This document shows, piece after piece, positions 1 through 8,503 of a DNA stretch of 27,967 nucleotides; within the stretch, counting starts at the first letter, position 1; every line of letters starts with the position of its first letter. The stretch is from the IMG/VR virus record IMGVR_UViG_3300032227_000596, positions 1 through 27,967 of that record. One strand, given 5' to 3'. The translations under genes and the position numbers were made by a program. Source of the DNA: a virus. Taxonomy: Duplodnaviria > Caudoviricetes. Below the pieces are notes generated by a model. That model was not told where the DNA came from, did no database searches, and saw nothing but the letters and a program-made list of their open reading frames with translations.

Positions 1-588
1 GCCCAGTGTGTAATGCACAAGTTTTGCCAGGGGATTACATTCGTATTCAACATCCAGCCAGTTCCATTCCTTGGGCAACTCACCCACGCGGTCATCGTCG
101 ATCCAGGAGAATCTATGCAAGAATGCACCTGTTGATTTCTGCACAAACTCAGGTGTTAATATCCGATTGCGTATGGCATTGCAGTTCCACAAGATCACTG
201 AACTCCAGTTCTTACGCGGATAGTCTTCGTTTGGACTGCCCAGGTACTTTTCAGTCCGGCGTGTCTTGTAATCATGTTTCACAACCATGACATCTTTTGT
301 GTAGTCTTTCAAGTTCCACAGTTCTGAGATATCCCCACGCAGGATCATGTCACCATCAATGAATATGGCCCAGCCTTGATAGTCCATGAGATATGGCACC
401 AAGAAGCGTGTGTATATGAAATGATTGGATCCATCTGTGTGTGTTTCACTATACTCTCGAAACAAGTTCAATGCCACAGGCACTATGGCCACAGGCTGAC
501 TGCTGTTGCGTATGATTGAATTCACACAGGTATGATAAGCTATGGCCTCTCTAGGATCGTACCCTACAAATACAGGAATGGGTTTCAT
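1..588 (-). CDS. GT-A glycosyltransferase, GT8-like (CDI-like family), 3' end truncated by the window edge
   Basis: Absent from the ORF track; translated manually from ATG at 588: MKPIPVFVGYDPREAIAYHTCVNSI...FIYTRFLVPYL...AIFIDGDM (DxD)...YPRKNWSSVILWNC...LPKEWNWL...LVHYTLG. ATGA overlap with the upstream gene. Confidence 0.85.
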   Translation of the reverse strand, partial: MKPIPVFVGYDPREAIAYHTCVNSIIRNSSQPVAIVPVALNLFREYSETHTDGSNHFIYTRFLVPYLMDYQGWAIFIDGDMILRGDISELWNLKDYTKDVMVVKHDYKTRRTEKYLGSPNEDYPRKNWSSVILWNCNAIRNRILTPEFVQKSTGAFLHRFSWIDDDRVGELPKEWNWLDVEYECNPLAKLVHYTLG

Positions 589-1343
589 CTACGTTCTATA
601 TCTTCTTCCACACAGTCCGCACCGTATTGGATTTCGATCAATTTCAATGGTTGATCAGTGTCATTGCACAACTGATGCCACGCTCCTAGTTCAATCCAAC
701 AATGTTCATGCTGACTGGGCTTGGCCATTACCTCATAATCTGTGCTGTGCGGGACCACAGTATACACAGTGGCCTCGCCTTCGGCCACAAACCAAAACTC
801 AGCACGTTTTTCATGACGTTGCATACTGAGCCGTTGTCCGGGCAGCACAGTGAGTTCTTTGAGTTTCACATGTGATCCAACTTCGTGCAGCACACGATAG
901 TGGCCCCAGGCTCGATCAGTCTTGGGTGCTTTCCACTCTTGCAGGATCCAGCTTGAACTGTTCTTTTTATCTTCTCCGCCTACACCAAACGCAAACTCCA
1001 CGTTGGGCACACGCATTTCAGGAATGTTATCTTGTGTGCGATCGCCACCATTGGCAAAGACAATTTCATGATCAGGATGCAGTTGTTTTACTGCTTCGAT
1101 TGCAGCGCAACTTGATCCGTCAGAGTCATCAAATTCAATTACTCGATCAACCACATGCATGGCTGCCACAACAGCAGCACGTTCAGACCAGGGCATGAAT
1201 GCTGACCCTTTTTTGCGGCGCAACCAAGCGTCACTGTTGAGGCCAACATACAGTTTGTCACCTAGTTCTCTAGCAGCAGAAAAATAAGCAATGTGTCCCG
1301 AATGCACAGGGTCAAAACCCCCAGTCACTAGTACAATTTTCAT
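585..1343 (-). CDS. Fusion of a HIGH-motif cytidylyltransferase (RfaE/TagD-like) and a cupin (type II mannose-6-phosphate isomerase C-terminal-like)
   Basis: TGGFDPVHSGH, GLNSD, ANGGDR in the N-terminal part; RAWGHYRVL...PGQRLSMQRHEKRAEFWFVAEG...WHQL...IEIQYG in the C-terminal part. Confidence 0.88.
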   Translation of the reverse strand: MKIVLVTGGFDPVHSGHIAYFSAARELGDKLYVGLNSDAWLRRKKGSAFMPWSERAAVVAAMHVVDRVIEFDDSDGSSCAAIEAVKQLHPDHEIVFANGGDRTQDNIPEMRVPNVEFAFGVGGEDKKNSSSWILQEWKAPKTDRAWGHYRVLHEVGSHVKLKELTVLPGQRLSMQRHEKRAEFWFVAEGEATVYTVVPHSTDYEVMAKPSQHEHCWIELGAWHQLCNDTDQPLKLIEIQYGADCVEEDIERR

Positions 1344-1344
1344 G

Positions 1345-1377
1345 TAAATATTTATCGGCGTATATAACGAGTAAATA
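1345..1377. promoter_or_regulatory. Divergent T4-like late promoters
   Basis: Palindrome TAAATATTTA at 1345-1354 gives TAAATA on the - strand 5 nt before ATG 1343; a second TAAATA at 1372-1377 lies 4 nt before ATG 1382. Confidence 0.65.
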
Positions 1378-1381
1378 CAAA

Positions 1382-1966
1382 ATGGAACATTTCTATCACA
1401 ACATCCCTGGGTACATGAATCACAGAAATACCATAATGCTTGACATAGTGCTAGAACAATTTCCCGCAGCAGGTACCTGGGTAGAACTGGGTTCTTGGAC
1501 CGGGCGTAGCACAGCCTATTGTGTTGTGGAATTGATCAACAGGCAAAAACTGGGATCTTTTTATTGTGTTGACACTTGGCAGGGCGGTGAGGAACATCGG
1601 GATCATGAGTTCATCACTCAAAAGTCGCTGAGAGATCGATTTGATACCAATTTGGAACCCATTGCTGGACGGTATACTCCTGTGGAATCCATCAGTTGGC
1701 AGGCAGCACAAGAATTTGACGATGAGTCTGTGGACTTTTGTTATGTGGATGCCGGGCACACATACAGCGATGTTACCCAGGATCTTGCTGCGTGGTACCC
1801 CAAGATACGCCCGGGCAGTTATTTTGCCGGTGATGATTACACCAAAGGCTGGCCCGAAGTTCAACAAGCAGTACAGGATTTTTTCCGACCTCGGGGCATA
1901 AAGGTCCGACGGTCAGGACGCTGTTGGATAGTCACAAAACCTTTGGTGGGTCACGATCAGATTTAA
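1382..1966 (+). CDS. Class I SAM-dependent methyltransferase (Methyltransf_24-like)
   Basis: VELGSWTGRS, CVDTW, YVDAGHTY, PGSYFAGDDY. Confidence 0.85.
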   Translation: MEHFYHNIPGYMNHRNTIMLDIVLEQFPAAGTWVELGSWTGRSTAYCVVELINRQKLGSFYCVDTWQGGEEHRDHEFITQKSLRDRFDTNLEPIAGRYTPVESISWQAAQEFDDESVDFCYVDAGHTYSDVTQDLAAWYPKIRPGSYFAGDDYTKGWPEVQQAVQDFFRPRGIKVRRSGRCWIVTKPLVGHDQI

Positions 1967-1973
1967 ATAACAT

Positions 1974-2606
1974 ATGACCTGGCTTGAATACTACCGCAGC
2001 AACTATTACGATTTATTAAATCCACGAGTGAGTGGTGCCAAAAGAGGACTCACAGAAGGTCTTTATCAACGGGCAGCCGGATTTGATCTGGCGTTTGCAC
2101 ATCTTGAAAGTCTCGATCAGAGTGAATATCACATGATTGAAACTGGCACATTAAGAAATCCTGGCAACTGGAAAGATGGACAAAGTGCCCGTTTGTTTAC
2201 AGAATTTGTAGACCATCACGGCGGATCAGTGCGTAGCGTGGATATAGATCCTGTGGCAGTGGCCGCTGCCCGTGGTGCCATACAATCTGATCGATTTGAA
2301 TCCACCTGCATGGACAGTGTGTTATATTTGGCCACACAATTGGATCTGGACCAGGTGGATCTTTTCTATCTTGACAGTTATGATGTGAAATGGAATGATG
2401 ATCATGCCAGTGCCGAACATCATTTACAGGAATTCCAAACAATTGAACCCAGTCTCAAACCCGGAGCCTTGGTGGTGATTGATGACAACAGCAGATTCCG
2501 AGACTCAGGAAAGAGAACAGGAAAAGGGCATTATATAGCAGACTATTTGTCAGCCAAGGGAATAGAACCTGTGTATGATGCTTATCAGATAATTTATAAA
2601 TTTTGA
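1974..2606 (+). CDS. Putative SAM-dependent methyltransferase
   Basis: IETGT, SVDID, FYLDSYD, LKPGALVVIDDN; TAAATA at 1964-1969. Confidence 0.75.
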   Translation: MTWLEYYRSNYYDLLNPRVSGAKRGLTEGLYQRAAGFDLAFAHLESLDQSEYHMIETGTLRNPGNWKDGQSARLFTEFVDHHGGSVRSVDIDPVAVAAARGAIQSDRFESTCMDSVLYLATQLDLDQVDLFYLDSYDVKWNDDHASAEHHLQEFQTIEPSLKPGALVVIDDNSRFRDSGKRTGKGHYIADYLSAKGIEPVYDAYQIIYKF

Positions 2607-2616
2607 AAGATACCAC

Positions 2617-3147
2617 ATGCCTACATCGAAATACAAAGGAAAAGAACTCATAGTGAGTTGGATCAAAGAACACACTGACATACATCGAGTGTTGGATGTG
2701 GGCTGCGGCGAAGGCACTTATCCACTGTTACTCAAAGAAAAATTTCCGGTGCTGACCAATGCTGAATGGTGGGGGATCGAAGTATGGACCGACTACATTG
2801 AACGTTACAATCTAAACTCTCTATACGATCATATATTAAATCAGGACGCTAGAGAATTGGACTGGGGACAGCTACCTGAATTTGATCTGGTGATCTTTGG
2901 AGATGTGCTGGAACACATGACCAAGGAACAAAGTCAGGCCCTGGTGGATCGGGCACTGACCAAAGCAAAATATGTGGTGATTTCAATTCCTATACATCAT
3001 TGCCCACAAGGTGCCTGGGGAGGAAATCCCTACGAAATTCATGTGAAGGATGACTGGACACACGAAGAAGTCATGGAGTCATTTCCGGGAATCAAGCATT
3101 TCCTCAAAAAAACCAAAACCATTGGAGTTTATTGGATTGAGAAATGA
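2617..3147 (+). CDS. Class I SAM-dependent methyltransferase
   Basis: VLDVGCGEG (motif I), GIE, FDLVIFGDVLEHM. Confidence 0.85.
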   Translation: MPTSKYKGKELIVSWIKEHTDIHRVLDVGCGEGTYPLLLKEKFPVLTNAEWWGIEVWTDYIERYNLNSLYDHILNQDARELDWGQLPEFDLVIFGDVLEHMTKEQSQALVDRALTKAKYVVISIPIHHCPQGAWGGNPYEIHVKDDWTHEEVMESFPGIKHFLKKTKTIGVYWIEK

Positions 3148-3821
3148 CCCAAAAGATCAAAATTGTCACGTTGCTTAAATCGGGCCCGGCCTGGTTGCCG
3201 GAATATGTGTATAGACTACATCGAGCAGTGGACAGACACTTGGATGTGCCGTACGAATTTGTATGTTTGACTGATATCGAACTTGGGGTGAGAACATTAC
3301 CATTGATACCCATGCCCGAGATCGACAACACTGATATTCCAAAATTTTGGTATAAAGTGCAGCTATTTAGGCCAGAATTGGAATTGACATCGGGATGTAT
3401 TTTTCTTGACCTTGACACCATCATAAAAGGCAACATAGATCACTATGTAGATGTGTTCCGAGAGCATGATTTTTTAATGGCCGCAAGTCCCTATAGAGGA
3501 AATATCAGTTGTTCTTATTTCATGTGGTGGCAGGGCGATCATTCTCACATATGGAATCAATTCCTTGAAAAACCCGTGGCTGAATGGGATCAGCATTATC
3601 ACAAAGCCAATCCTGGAAAGTACGGCGATCAGGGATTTATATCGGACCATGCCACCCACAGTTTAATCCAGGATGTGATGGACGACAGCACCACTGACAT
3701 TATCCGGGTCACCAAGAACAGCAGCAGAGGAAATGACACTGCTCGAGTAATAGTTTTTGCCGGAAAAAGAAAGCCTTGGGACATGCCCTGGCACTTGGAT
3801 GTGCAGGACCATTGGTTATGA
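3144..3821 (+). CDS. GT-A glycosyltransferase (GT8-like)
   Basis: YVYRL, FVCLTD, WYKVQLF, IFLDLD (DxD), GDQGFI, VFAGKRKPW. Confidence 0.8.
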   Translation: MTQKIKIVTLLKSGPAWLPEYVYRLHRAVDRHLDVPYEFVCLTDIELGVRTLPLIPMPEIDNTDIPKFWYKVQLFRPELELTSGCIFLDLDTIIKGNIDHYVDVFREHDFLMAASPYRGNISCSYFMWWQGDHSHIWNQFLEKPVAEWDQHYHKANPGKYGDQGFISDHATHSLIQDVMDDSTTDIIRVTKNSSRGNDTARVIVFAGKRKPWDMPWHLDVQDHWL

Positions 3822-4600
3822 TAGTAGATACATTCATGTTCAACAACGAGTTTGACATGCTGGACATGAGACTGGCCATCACCGAACACTATGTTGATCG
3901 TTGGATCATACTGGAAGGCAGCCAGACCTGGAGCGGACACAAAAAACCCTATCATCTGTCAGACAACATGCATCGTTATCAACGCTACCAAGATAGAATT
4001 TCTGTGATTAAATTGGACATACCTGAAAAATATCTAAATTGGCAATGCGAAAATCACAGTCGCGCCAGCTTGCAACAGGGAATTGATCAGTTGGATGATC
4101 AGGACATCATCATGCATTCAGACCTGGACGAGATCTTGAATCCAGAAAAAATAAAAGATATCCTGGAGTTGATGGATCAACATCAACAGCCAGTGGCATG
4201 TGTGTTAGACATGTATGTTTACAAGTTTGATCAAAAAATCAATCGTGCCTGGCATGGCAACATGGTTGCACGTAAACACATGTTTGACAACCCACAGCAG
4301 CTATACAAGGGCAACAATGTCAAAAGAAAAGATCGCAGTCACAGTGTGCAATTTCCCGTCGCAGCAGGTTGGCACTGGACCTGGATAGGTGATGATGAAC
4401 GCATCAGAACCAAGGTAACCAGCTGTATAGAAAGTCAGCACAGAGATCCTGAACAGGTGCTTGAAGCATTCAAACAGTTGGATACTGCAAGTGCGATCAA
4501 TCATAAATGTGAAAGTCATTGTGTTCAAGTGGCATATCCTGATTCAGTGCAGACTGTGTTACAACAATATCCTGCATATTGGAACAAACCACCGGTGTGA
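3818..4600 (+). CDS. GT17 (MGAT3-like beta-1,4-GlcNAc transferase) family glycosyltransferase
   Basis: Start moved to ATG 3818 (ATGA overlap): MIVDTFMFNNEFDMLDMRL...VDRWIILE...TWSGHKK, SDLDEI, GWHWTW. Confidence 0.8.
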   Translation: MIVDTFMFNNEFDMLDMRLAITEHYVDRWIILEGSQTWSGHKKPYHLSDNMHRYQRYQDRISVIKLDIPEKYLNWQCENHSRASLQQGIDQLDDQDIIMHSDLDEILNPEKIKDILELMDQHQQPVACVLDMYVYKFDQKINRAWHGNMVARKHMFDNPQQLYKGNNVKRKDRSHSVQFPVAAGWHWTWIGDDERIRTKVTSCIESQHRDPEQVLEAFKQLDTASAINHKCESHCVQVAYPDSVQTVLQQYPAYWNKPPV

Positions 4601-5421
4601 TCGTGGCCACTCAATCAGAAAAAGATCTTCATCGTGCCGCCCGAGACGCACACCGTGCTCGGAAAACAGCACAACCGCTGCGGGCAGCGGTAAATGATCC
4701 TGCAGGACCCGTGGATTGTGCCTGTGTTATACATGGCAACGGGTATGATTTCACTTATGTGGATCGACTATACAACATGTTAAATCGGCATTTGTCACGT
4801 GGTGCAAGATTACATGTTTACACCGAAGCTGGTCGCCCAGTTCCCACGCACATGGTGCGTCATGACCTAACAGAATGGCCAGGGGTATCGGGGCGCAAAC
4901 GCAGTTGGTGGTACAAGATACAGCTATTCAACAGTGACCATTTCCGCGGACAATTGTTGTATTTTGATCTAGACACAGTGATCGTGAGCAATATAGATTG
5001 GATCGTGAATCTCAGTCCGGTGTTTTTTTGGACCTTGCGAGATTTTAGATCATTATGGCGTCCGGACCTGCACACCATGAATTCATCAGTGATGTACTGG
5101 AACACTCAGAATTGGAATTCGATCTGGACTCAATTTGAACAGCAGGGCATAGAGCGCATAGGCCTGCGACACCAGCACGGCGGCGATCAGGACTATCTAA
5201 ACACTGTGATTCCTGCTAACAAGCGGAGATTTTTAGATGAACGGCGCATAGTGAGTTGGCGTTGGACAGCATTGAACGGTGGAATGAATTTTAAAAATCG
5301 CACTTATCACAGGCCCAATCGTGGCACTATATTGAGTCCAGAAAATAGTGTGCTGGTGTTTCACGGCGATCCAAAACCACATGAAGTGTCTGATGCTGTA
5401 ATAAAATCTCACTGGGTCTGA
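4597..5421 (+). CDS. GT-A glycosyltransferase, paralog of 3144-3821
   Basis: YVDRLYNM, WWYKIQLF, YFDLDTVI, NSSVM, GDQDYL, VFHGDPKPH. Start uncertain (GTG 4597 or 4603). Confidence 0.8.
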   Translation: MIVATQSEKDLHRAARDAHRARKTAQPLRAAVNDPAGPVDCACVIHGNGYDFTYVDRLYNMLNRHLSRGARLHVYTEAGRPVPTHMVRHDLTEWPGVSGRKRSWWYKIQLFNSDHFRGQLLYFDLDTVIVSNIDWIVNLSPVFFWTLRDFRSLWRPDLHTMNSSVMYWNTQNWNSIWTQFEQQGIERIGLRHQHGGDQDYLNTVIPANKRRFLDERRIVSWRWTALNGGMNFKNRTYHRPNRGTILSPENSVLVFHGDPKPHEVSDAVIKSHWV

Positions 5422-5440
5422 TATAAATACAGCATGGAGG
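5422..5440 (+). promoter_or_regulatory. Late promoter TATAAATA plus RBS GGAGG
   Basis: Exact T4 late consensus at 5422-5429; GGAGG at 5436-5440. Confidence 0.75.
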
Positions 5441-5447
5441 ACAAATC

Positions 5448-6017
5448 ATGGTTCAGAGAATAGTTAAAATGATAGGCAGTGCATATTCCACCAGTGGAGA
5501 TGTACATGTGCAAACAATATACAATGGGGTAGAGATCTCAAATGGTCCTGTTACTACCACTGTGACAGACGTGATTCCTAACGCAGAACAAGTAACTGTT
5601 CCGCCTTTGAACGAATTGTTTCAATTTGAAACCACAACAGATACCACTGGGCCAATACCAGTCTCCATCACAGTGACCGGCGGCACTTTGTTTCTTAGAA
5701 ATTTCCTGATGAATTACACTGGATTCACTCGAGAGAGACAAAGAACCGATCCTGCTGTTCCCATTGACCCTGACGACTCTGACACATATAACTGGGTAGT
5801 GACAGTGCAACCTGATTCATACTATTCAGACCCAAACTTCAACACTGTGGAAAGTGATGGAATTTTAAATCTCACCAAAAATGGAGAGTCCTGGCCCTGG
5901 CGTGCGAATGTGGGCGATATGTTGGGCGACTGGATGTATCCCATAAACAATGGCGAAACTGTGGTCTTTGACTTTTTTGTGGACCCTGCCAAGGTGGTGT
6001 TGGTGGCACCAACTTAA
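5448..6017 (+). CDS. Hypothetical Thr/Val-rich beta protein, probably a virion component
   Basis: Has its own late promoter, strong RBS and downstream terminator; composition suggests beta strands. Confidence 0.6.
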   Translation: MVQRIVKMIGSAYSTSGDVHVQTIYNGVEISNGPVTTTVTDVIPNAEQVTVPPLNELFQFETTTDTTGPIPVSITVTGGTLFLRNFLMNYTGFTRERQRTDPAVPIDPDDSDTYNWVVTVQPDSYYSDPNFNTVESDGILNLTKNGESWPWRANVGDMLGDWMYPINNGETVVFDFFVDPAKVVLVAPT

Positions 6018-6034
6018 ATGATCTATACATCATC

Positions 6035-6064
6035 AAAACCCTGCATGTTGTAGGGTTTTTTTTT
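6035..6064 (+). terminator. Rho-independent terminator
   Basis: AAAACCCTGCA-TGT-TGTAGGGTTTT followed by further Ts. Confidence 0.85.
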
Positions 6065-6068
6065 GAGG

Positions 6069-6097
6069 TTGACCCATATCACAATCTGCACTATAAT
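6069..6097 (+). promoter_or_regulatory. sigma70-type promoter P1
   Basis: TTGACC-17 nt-TATAAT. Confidence 0.8.
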
Positions 6098-6191
6098 ACA
6101 CTCATGTCAACACAAAAGCACACAACAAAAACTGCTGAAAAATGTCGCAATTTTTCGCAAGTAGAGTTGGAAAAAGATGCAAGCAAAACGG

Positions 6192-6220
6192 TTGACTGGT
6201 ATCGTAATCGCTGCTACAAT
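6192..6220 (+). promoter_or_regulatory. sigma70-type promoter P2
   Basis: TTGACT-17 nt-TACAAT. Confidence 0.8.
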
Positions 6221-6252
6221 AGTGGCTTAACAACACAACGGGGCTAGAAACC

Positions 6253-7281
6253 ATGAGTGCTATTCGTATCCTGCGCGGCGAGTACCGCGGCAAAACTGTA
6301 AAAAACCAAAGCTTCGCTCTTGTGAGCGGCTTCCAAACCGGCGCCAAGGGCGGCTATGTGACTGTGCAAAACAACGGCACATTTCCCAACTGCCCTGCTA
6401 CCGTGCGTATTCGAGTGGACGCTATCTCTGACTACGAAATGGTATCGGGCGACAGCGTTGAAATGAACACACCTGCTCCGGTGGCAACTGCCAAGATCGC
6501 AGAGACTGAAGAGCAAGCAATGACTCGTATCCGCGAGCGTTTTGAAATCCTTACAGAAATGTCAAAGGCATGCATTGGCGGCGACATCCGTGCAATGATC
6601 GTGAGCGGCCCTCCTGGCGTGGGCAAGAGCTACGGCGTGGAACAAGAAATCGAAAAAGCCACGCTGTTTGACAAGATCGCAGGCAAACGACTGCGAGCAG
6701 AAGTTGTGAAAGGCTCTGCAACTCCTATTGGCCTGTATCAGACTCTGTACAAATACAGCGACCCAAATTGTGTGTTGGTGTTTGATGACTGTGACTCGAT
6801 CCTGTTGGACGATGTGGCACTGAACTTGCTGAAAGGCGCATTGGACTCTGGCAAGAAGCGCAAGATCTCCTGGTTGAGCGAATCTAGCACTCTGCGTCGC
6901 GAAGGCATTCCAGACAGTTTTGACTTCAAAGGTTCAGTGATTTTCATCACCAACTTGAAGTTTGACAAGATGAAATCGCAAAAACTGCGAGATCACTTGG
7001 ATGCACTGCAAAGTCGTTGCCATTACTTGGACTTGACCTTGGACACCATGCGTGACAAGATCCTGCGTATCAAGCAGATTGCCAAAGACGGTGTGCTGTT
7101 TGATGGCTACGACTTTGAGCCCGAAACACAAGACAGCATCTTTGAGTTCATGGAAACCAACCAAGTTCGCTTGCGTGAAATGAGCCTGCGTATGGCGCTG
7201 AAGATTGCAGATCAGCGTAAGCTGAGCCCGGACAACTGGCGACGTGTGGCAGAGACCACCTGCATGAAAGCAGCAGACTAA
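6253..7281 (+). CDS. Phage AAA+ ATPase
   Basis: Walker A GPPGVGKS, Walker B LVFDDCD, sensor-1-like IFITN, arginine-finger-like ALQSRC. Confidence 0.85.
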   Translation: MSAIRILRGEYRGKTVKNQSFALVSGFQTGAKGGYVTVQNNGTFPNCPATVRIRVDAISDYEMVSGDSVEMNTPAPVATAKIAETEEQAMTRIRERFEILTEMSKACIGGDIRAMIVSGPPGVGKSYGVEQEIEKATLFDKIAGKRLRAEVVKGSATPIGLYQTLYKYSDPNCVLVFDDCDSILLDDVALNLLKGALDSGKKRKISWLSESSTLRREGIPDSFDFKGSVIFITNLKFDKMKSQKLRDHLDALQSRCHYLDLTLDTMRDKILRIKQIAKDGVLFDGYDFEPETQDSIFEFMETNQVRLREMSLRMALKIADQRKLSPDNWRRVAETTCMKAAD

Positions 7282-7282
7282 T

Positions 7283-7423
7283 ATGACTATCACCATTCTG
7301 TGGATGCTGCTGAATGGGTGGTTTGCCAAAGTGAGTTTTGAGCAAGACGCACCCATTTCAGGATGGATCTGTTTGTGCATCAGTGCCTGGTATCTGAGTC
7401 GAGTGATGATTGCAATTTTTTAA
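7283..7423 (+). CDS. Small membrane protein (46 aa)
   Basis: Manual translation MTITILWMLLNGWFAKVSFEQDAPISGWICLCISAWYLSRVMIAIF; starts 1 nt after the ATPase stop; two hydrophobic segments. Confidence 0.55.
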   Translation: MTITILWMLLNGWFAKVSFEQDAPISGWICLCISAWYLSRVMIAIF

Positions 7424-7432
7424 GGAAATGAC

Positions 7433-7543
7433 ATGTTCGAAATCTGGGATGGTGATTTGTTTTTGTATACAGTAGATACCACATATGAAGCTGATGAAGC
7501 TGAAGAAACGGGATTTCGTGTAGTGCCAATCGTCAAGGAATAA
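7433..7543 (+). CDS. Small acidic protein (36 aa)
   Basis: MFEIWDGDLFLYTVDTTYEADEAEETGFRVVPIVKE; AAGGA RBS at 7422-7426. Confidence 0.65.
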   Translation: MFEIWDGDLFLYTVDTTYEADEAEETGFRVVPIVKE

Positions 7544-7609
7544 TCAGTTTCAGGGTGTAAAGCCCGAAAACAGAGTCGCAGTGAATTTCTAGCCCGGCGA
7601 TTCTTTTAT

Positions 7610-7639
7610 GGCAGGTGTCTAAATGGCACCTGTCTTTTT
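7610..7639 (+). terminator. Rho-independent terminator
   Basis: GGCAGGTGTC-TAAAT-GGCACCTGTC-TTTTT (10-bp stem with two G-U pairs). Confidence 0.8.
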
Positions 7640-7668
7640 GACTGCGATTTTGACCTTATAAATACAAG

Positions 7669-8463
7669 ATGAAGATGGTGTTTGATACTGGTACTGTGGA
7701 TATAGAGTTGTACCCAGGACCTGCCACTGATCAGATTCTCAGATGTTACAAACATTTGCAACATGTGCCATTGCCCATACGTGATTGGGACTACCCTTTT
7801 TACCTTGACCATGCCACACTTGGGCACACGATCGAGCAATTATGTAATTTTGCAATGCAATTGAACGTTGAGATTGATCCTGCTCTTTGTCGGCAGCAGA
7901 GTTATCTCAATCACCTTCATGGTATCTATGAAAAAAACTACAACGGTAGGCCTCAATGGCTCGACTTTCATGAACACATTCATTTATGCGGAGACCTAAT
8001 CAAACTGGATCGCGGCAAAATCTTGACAATTGATTATAGAGAATTGGCCGGACCGCTGCTGTTGGATGTTGATCACACACTATTGGATCAACTAAGACTT
8101 GATATAAGGCCTGGTGACGTCACAGTGGGCTGGGCAGAGTTAGGAAAAACACCCTACGGTTATTGGAAGAGCCAAGAACCCAACGATGTTGATCGTATTT
8201 GCGAATTAGCTAAACCTTATTTGAAATTTCGACCCAGACTGGAAATAACAATCCAGCCGCAGCCGGAGAAAGACTCAGTTGACATTGAGACTTTTGCCAA
8301 GTGGTGGGCGTGTTATGAAAGTGCCTGGTGCAAACATTGGAACCTGCCATCGTGGTCTTTGGATCAGATGTTTGGAAAATTTGTGATTGGTCATGTGGTG
8401 GACTTTGATAAATTTTTACAACTTTTACGATCAAATCGTCCATTGAAGTACGTGACTCTTTAA
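7669..8463 (+). CDS. Hypothetical protein (264 aa)
   Basis: Long ORF with TATAAATA at 7657-7664 directly upstream; no motif recognised. Confidence 0.7.
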   Translation: MKMVFDTGTVDIELYPGPATDQILRCYKHLQHVPLPIRDWDYPFYLDHATLGHTIEQLCNFAMQLNVEIDPALCRQQSYLNHLHGIYEKNYNGRPQWLDFHEHIHLCGDLIKLDRGKILTIDYRELAGPLLLDVDHTLLDQLRLDIRPGDVTVGWAELGKTPYGYWKSQEPNDVDRICELAKPYLKFRPRLEITIQPQPEKDSVDIETFAKWWACYESAWCKHWNLPSWSLDQMFGKFVIGHVVDFDKFLQLLRSNRPLKYVTL

Positions 8464-8465
8464 TC

Positions 8466-8497
8466 AGGTCGCAAAAAGTCTAACAAAGTTGTATAAT
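8466..8497 (+). promoter_or_regulatory. Promoter with variant -35 (AGGTCGCA) and TATAAT
   Basis: TCGCAA-17 nt-TATAAT; the same architecture recurs at 9963-9994. Confidence 0.6.
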
Positions 8498-8503
8498 CAA
8501 CAG

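Noticed and set aside
6-1198. Plus-strand ORFs 6-290, 542-829 and 872-1198, and the many other nested or antisense ORFs in the track
   Set aside because: They are shadows of well-supported genes in other frames and have no motifs or initiation signals.
7433-7446. GTTCGAAATC resembling a tRNA T-loop
   Set aside because: It lies at the start of a small ORF with an RBS, and no cloverleaf can be built around it.
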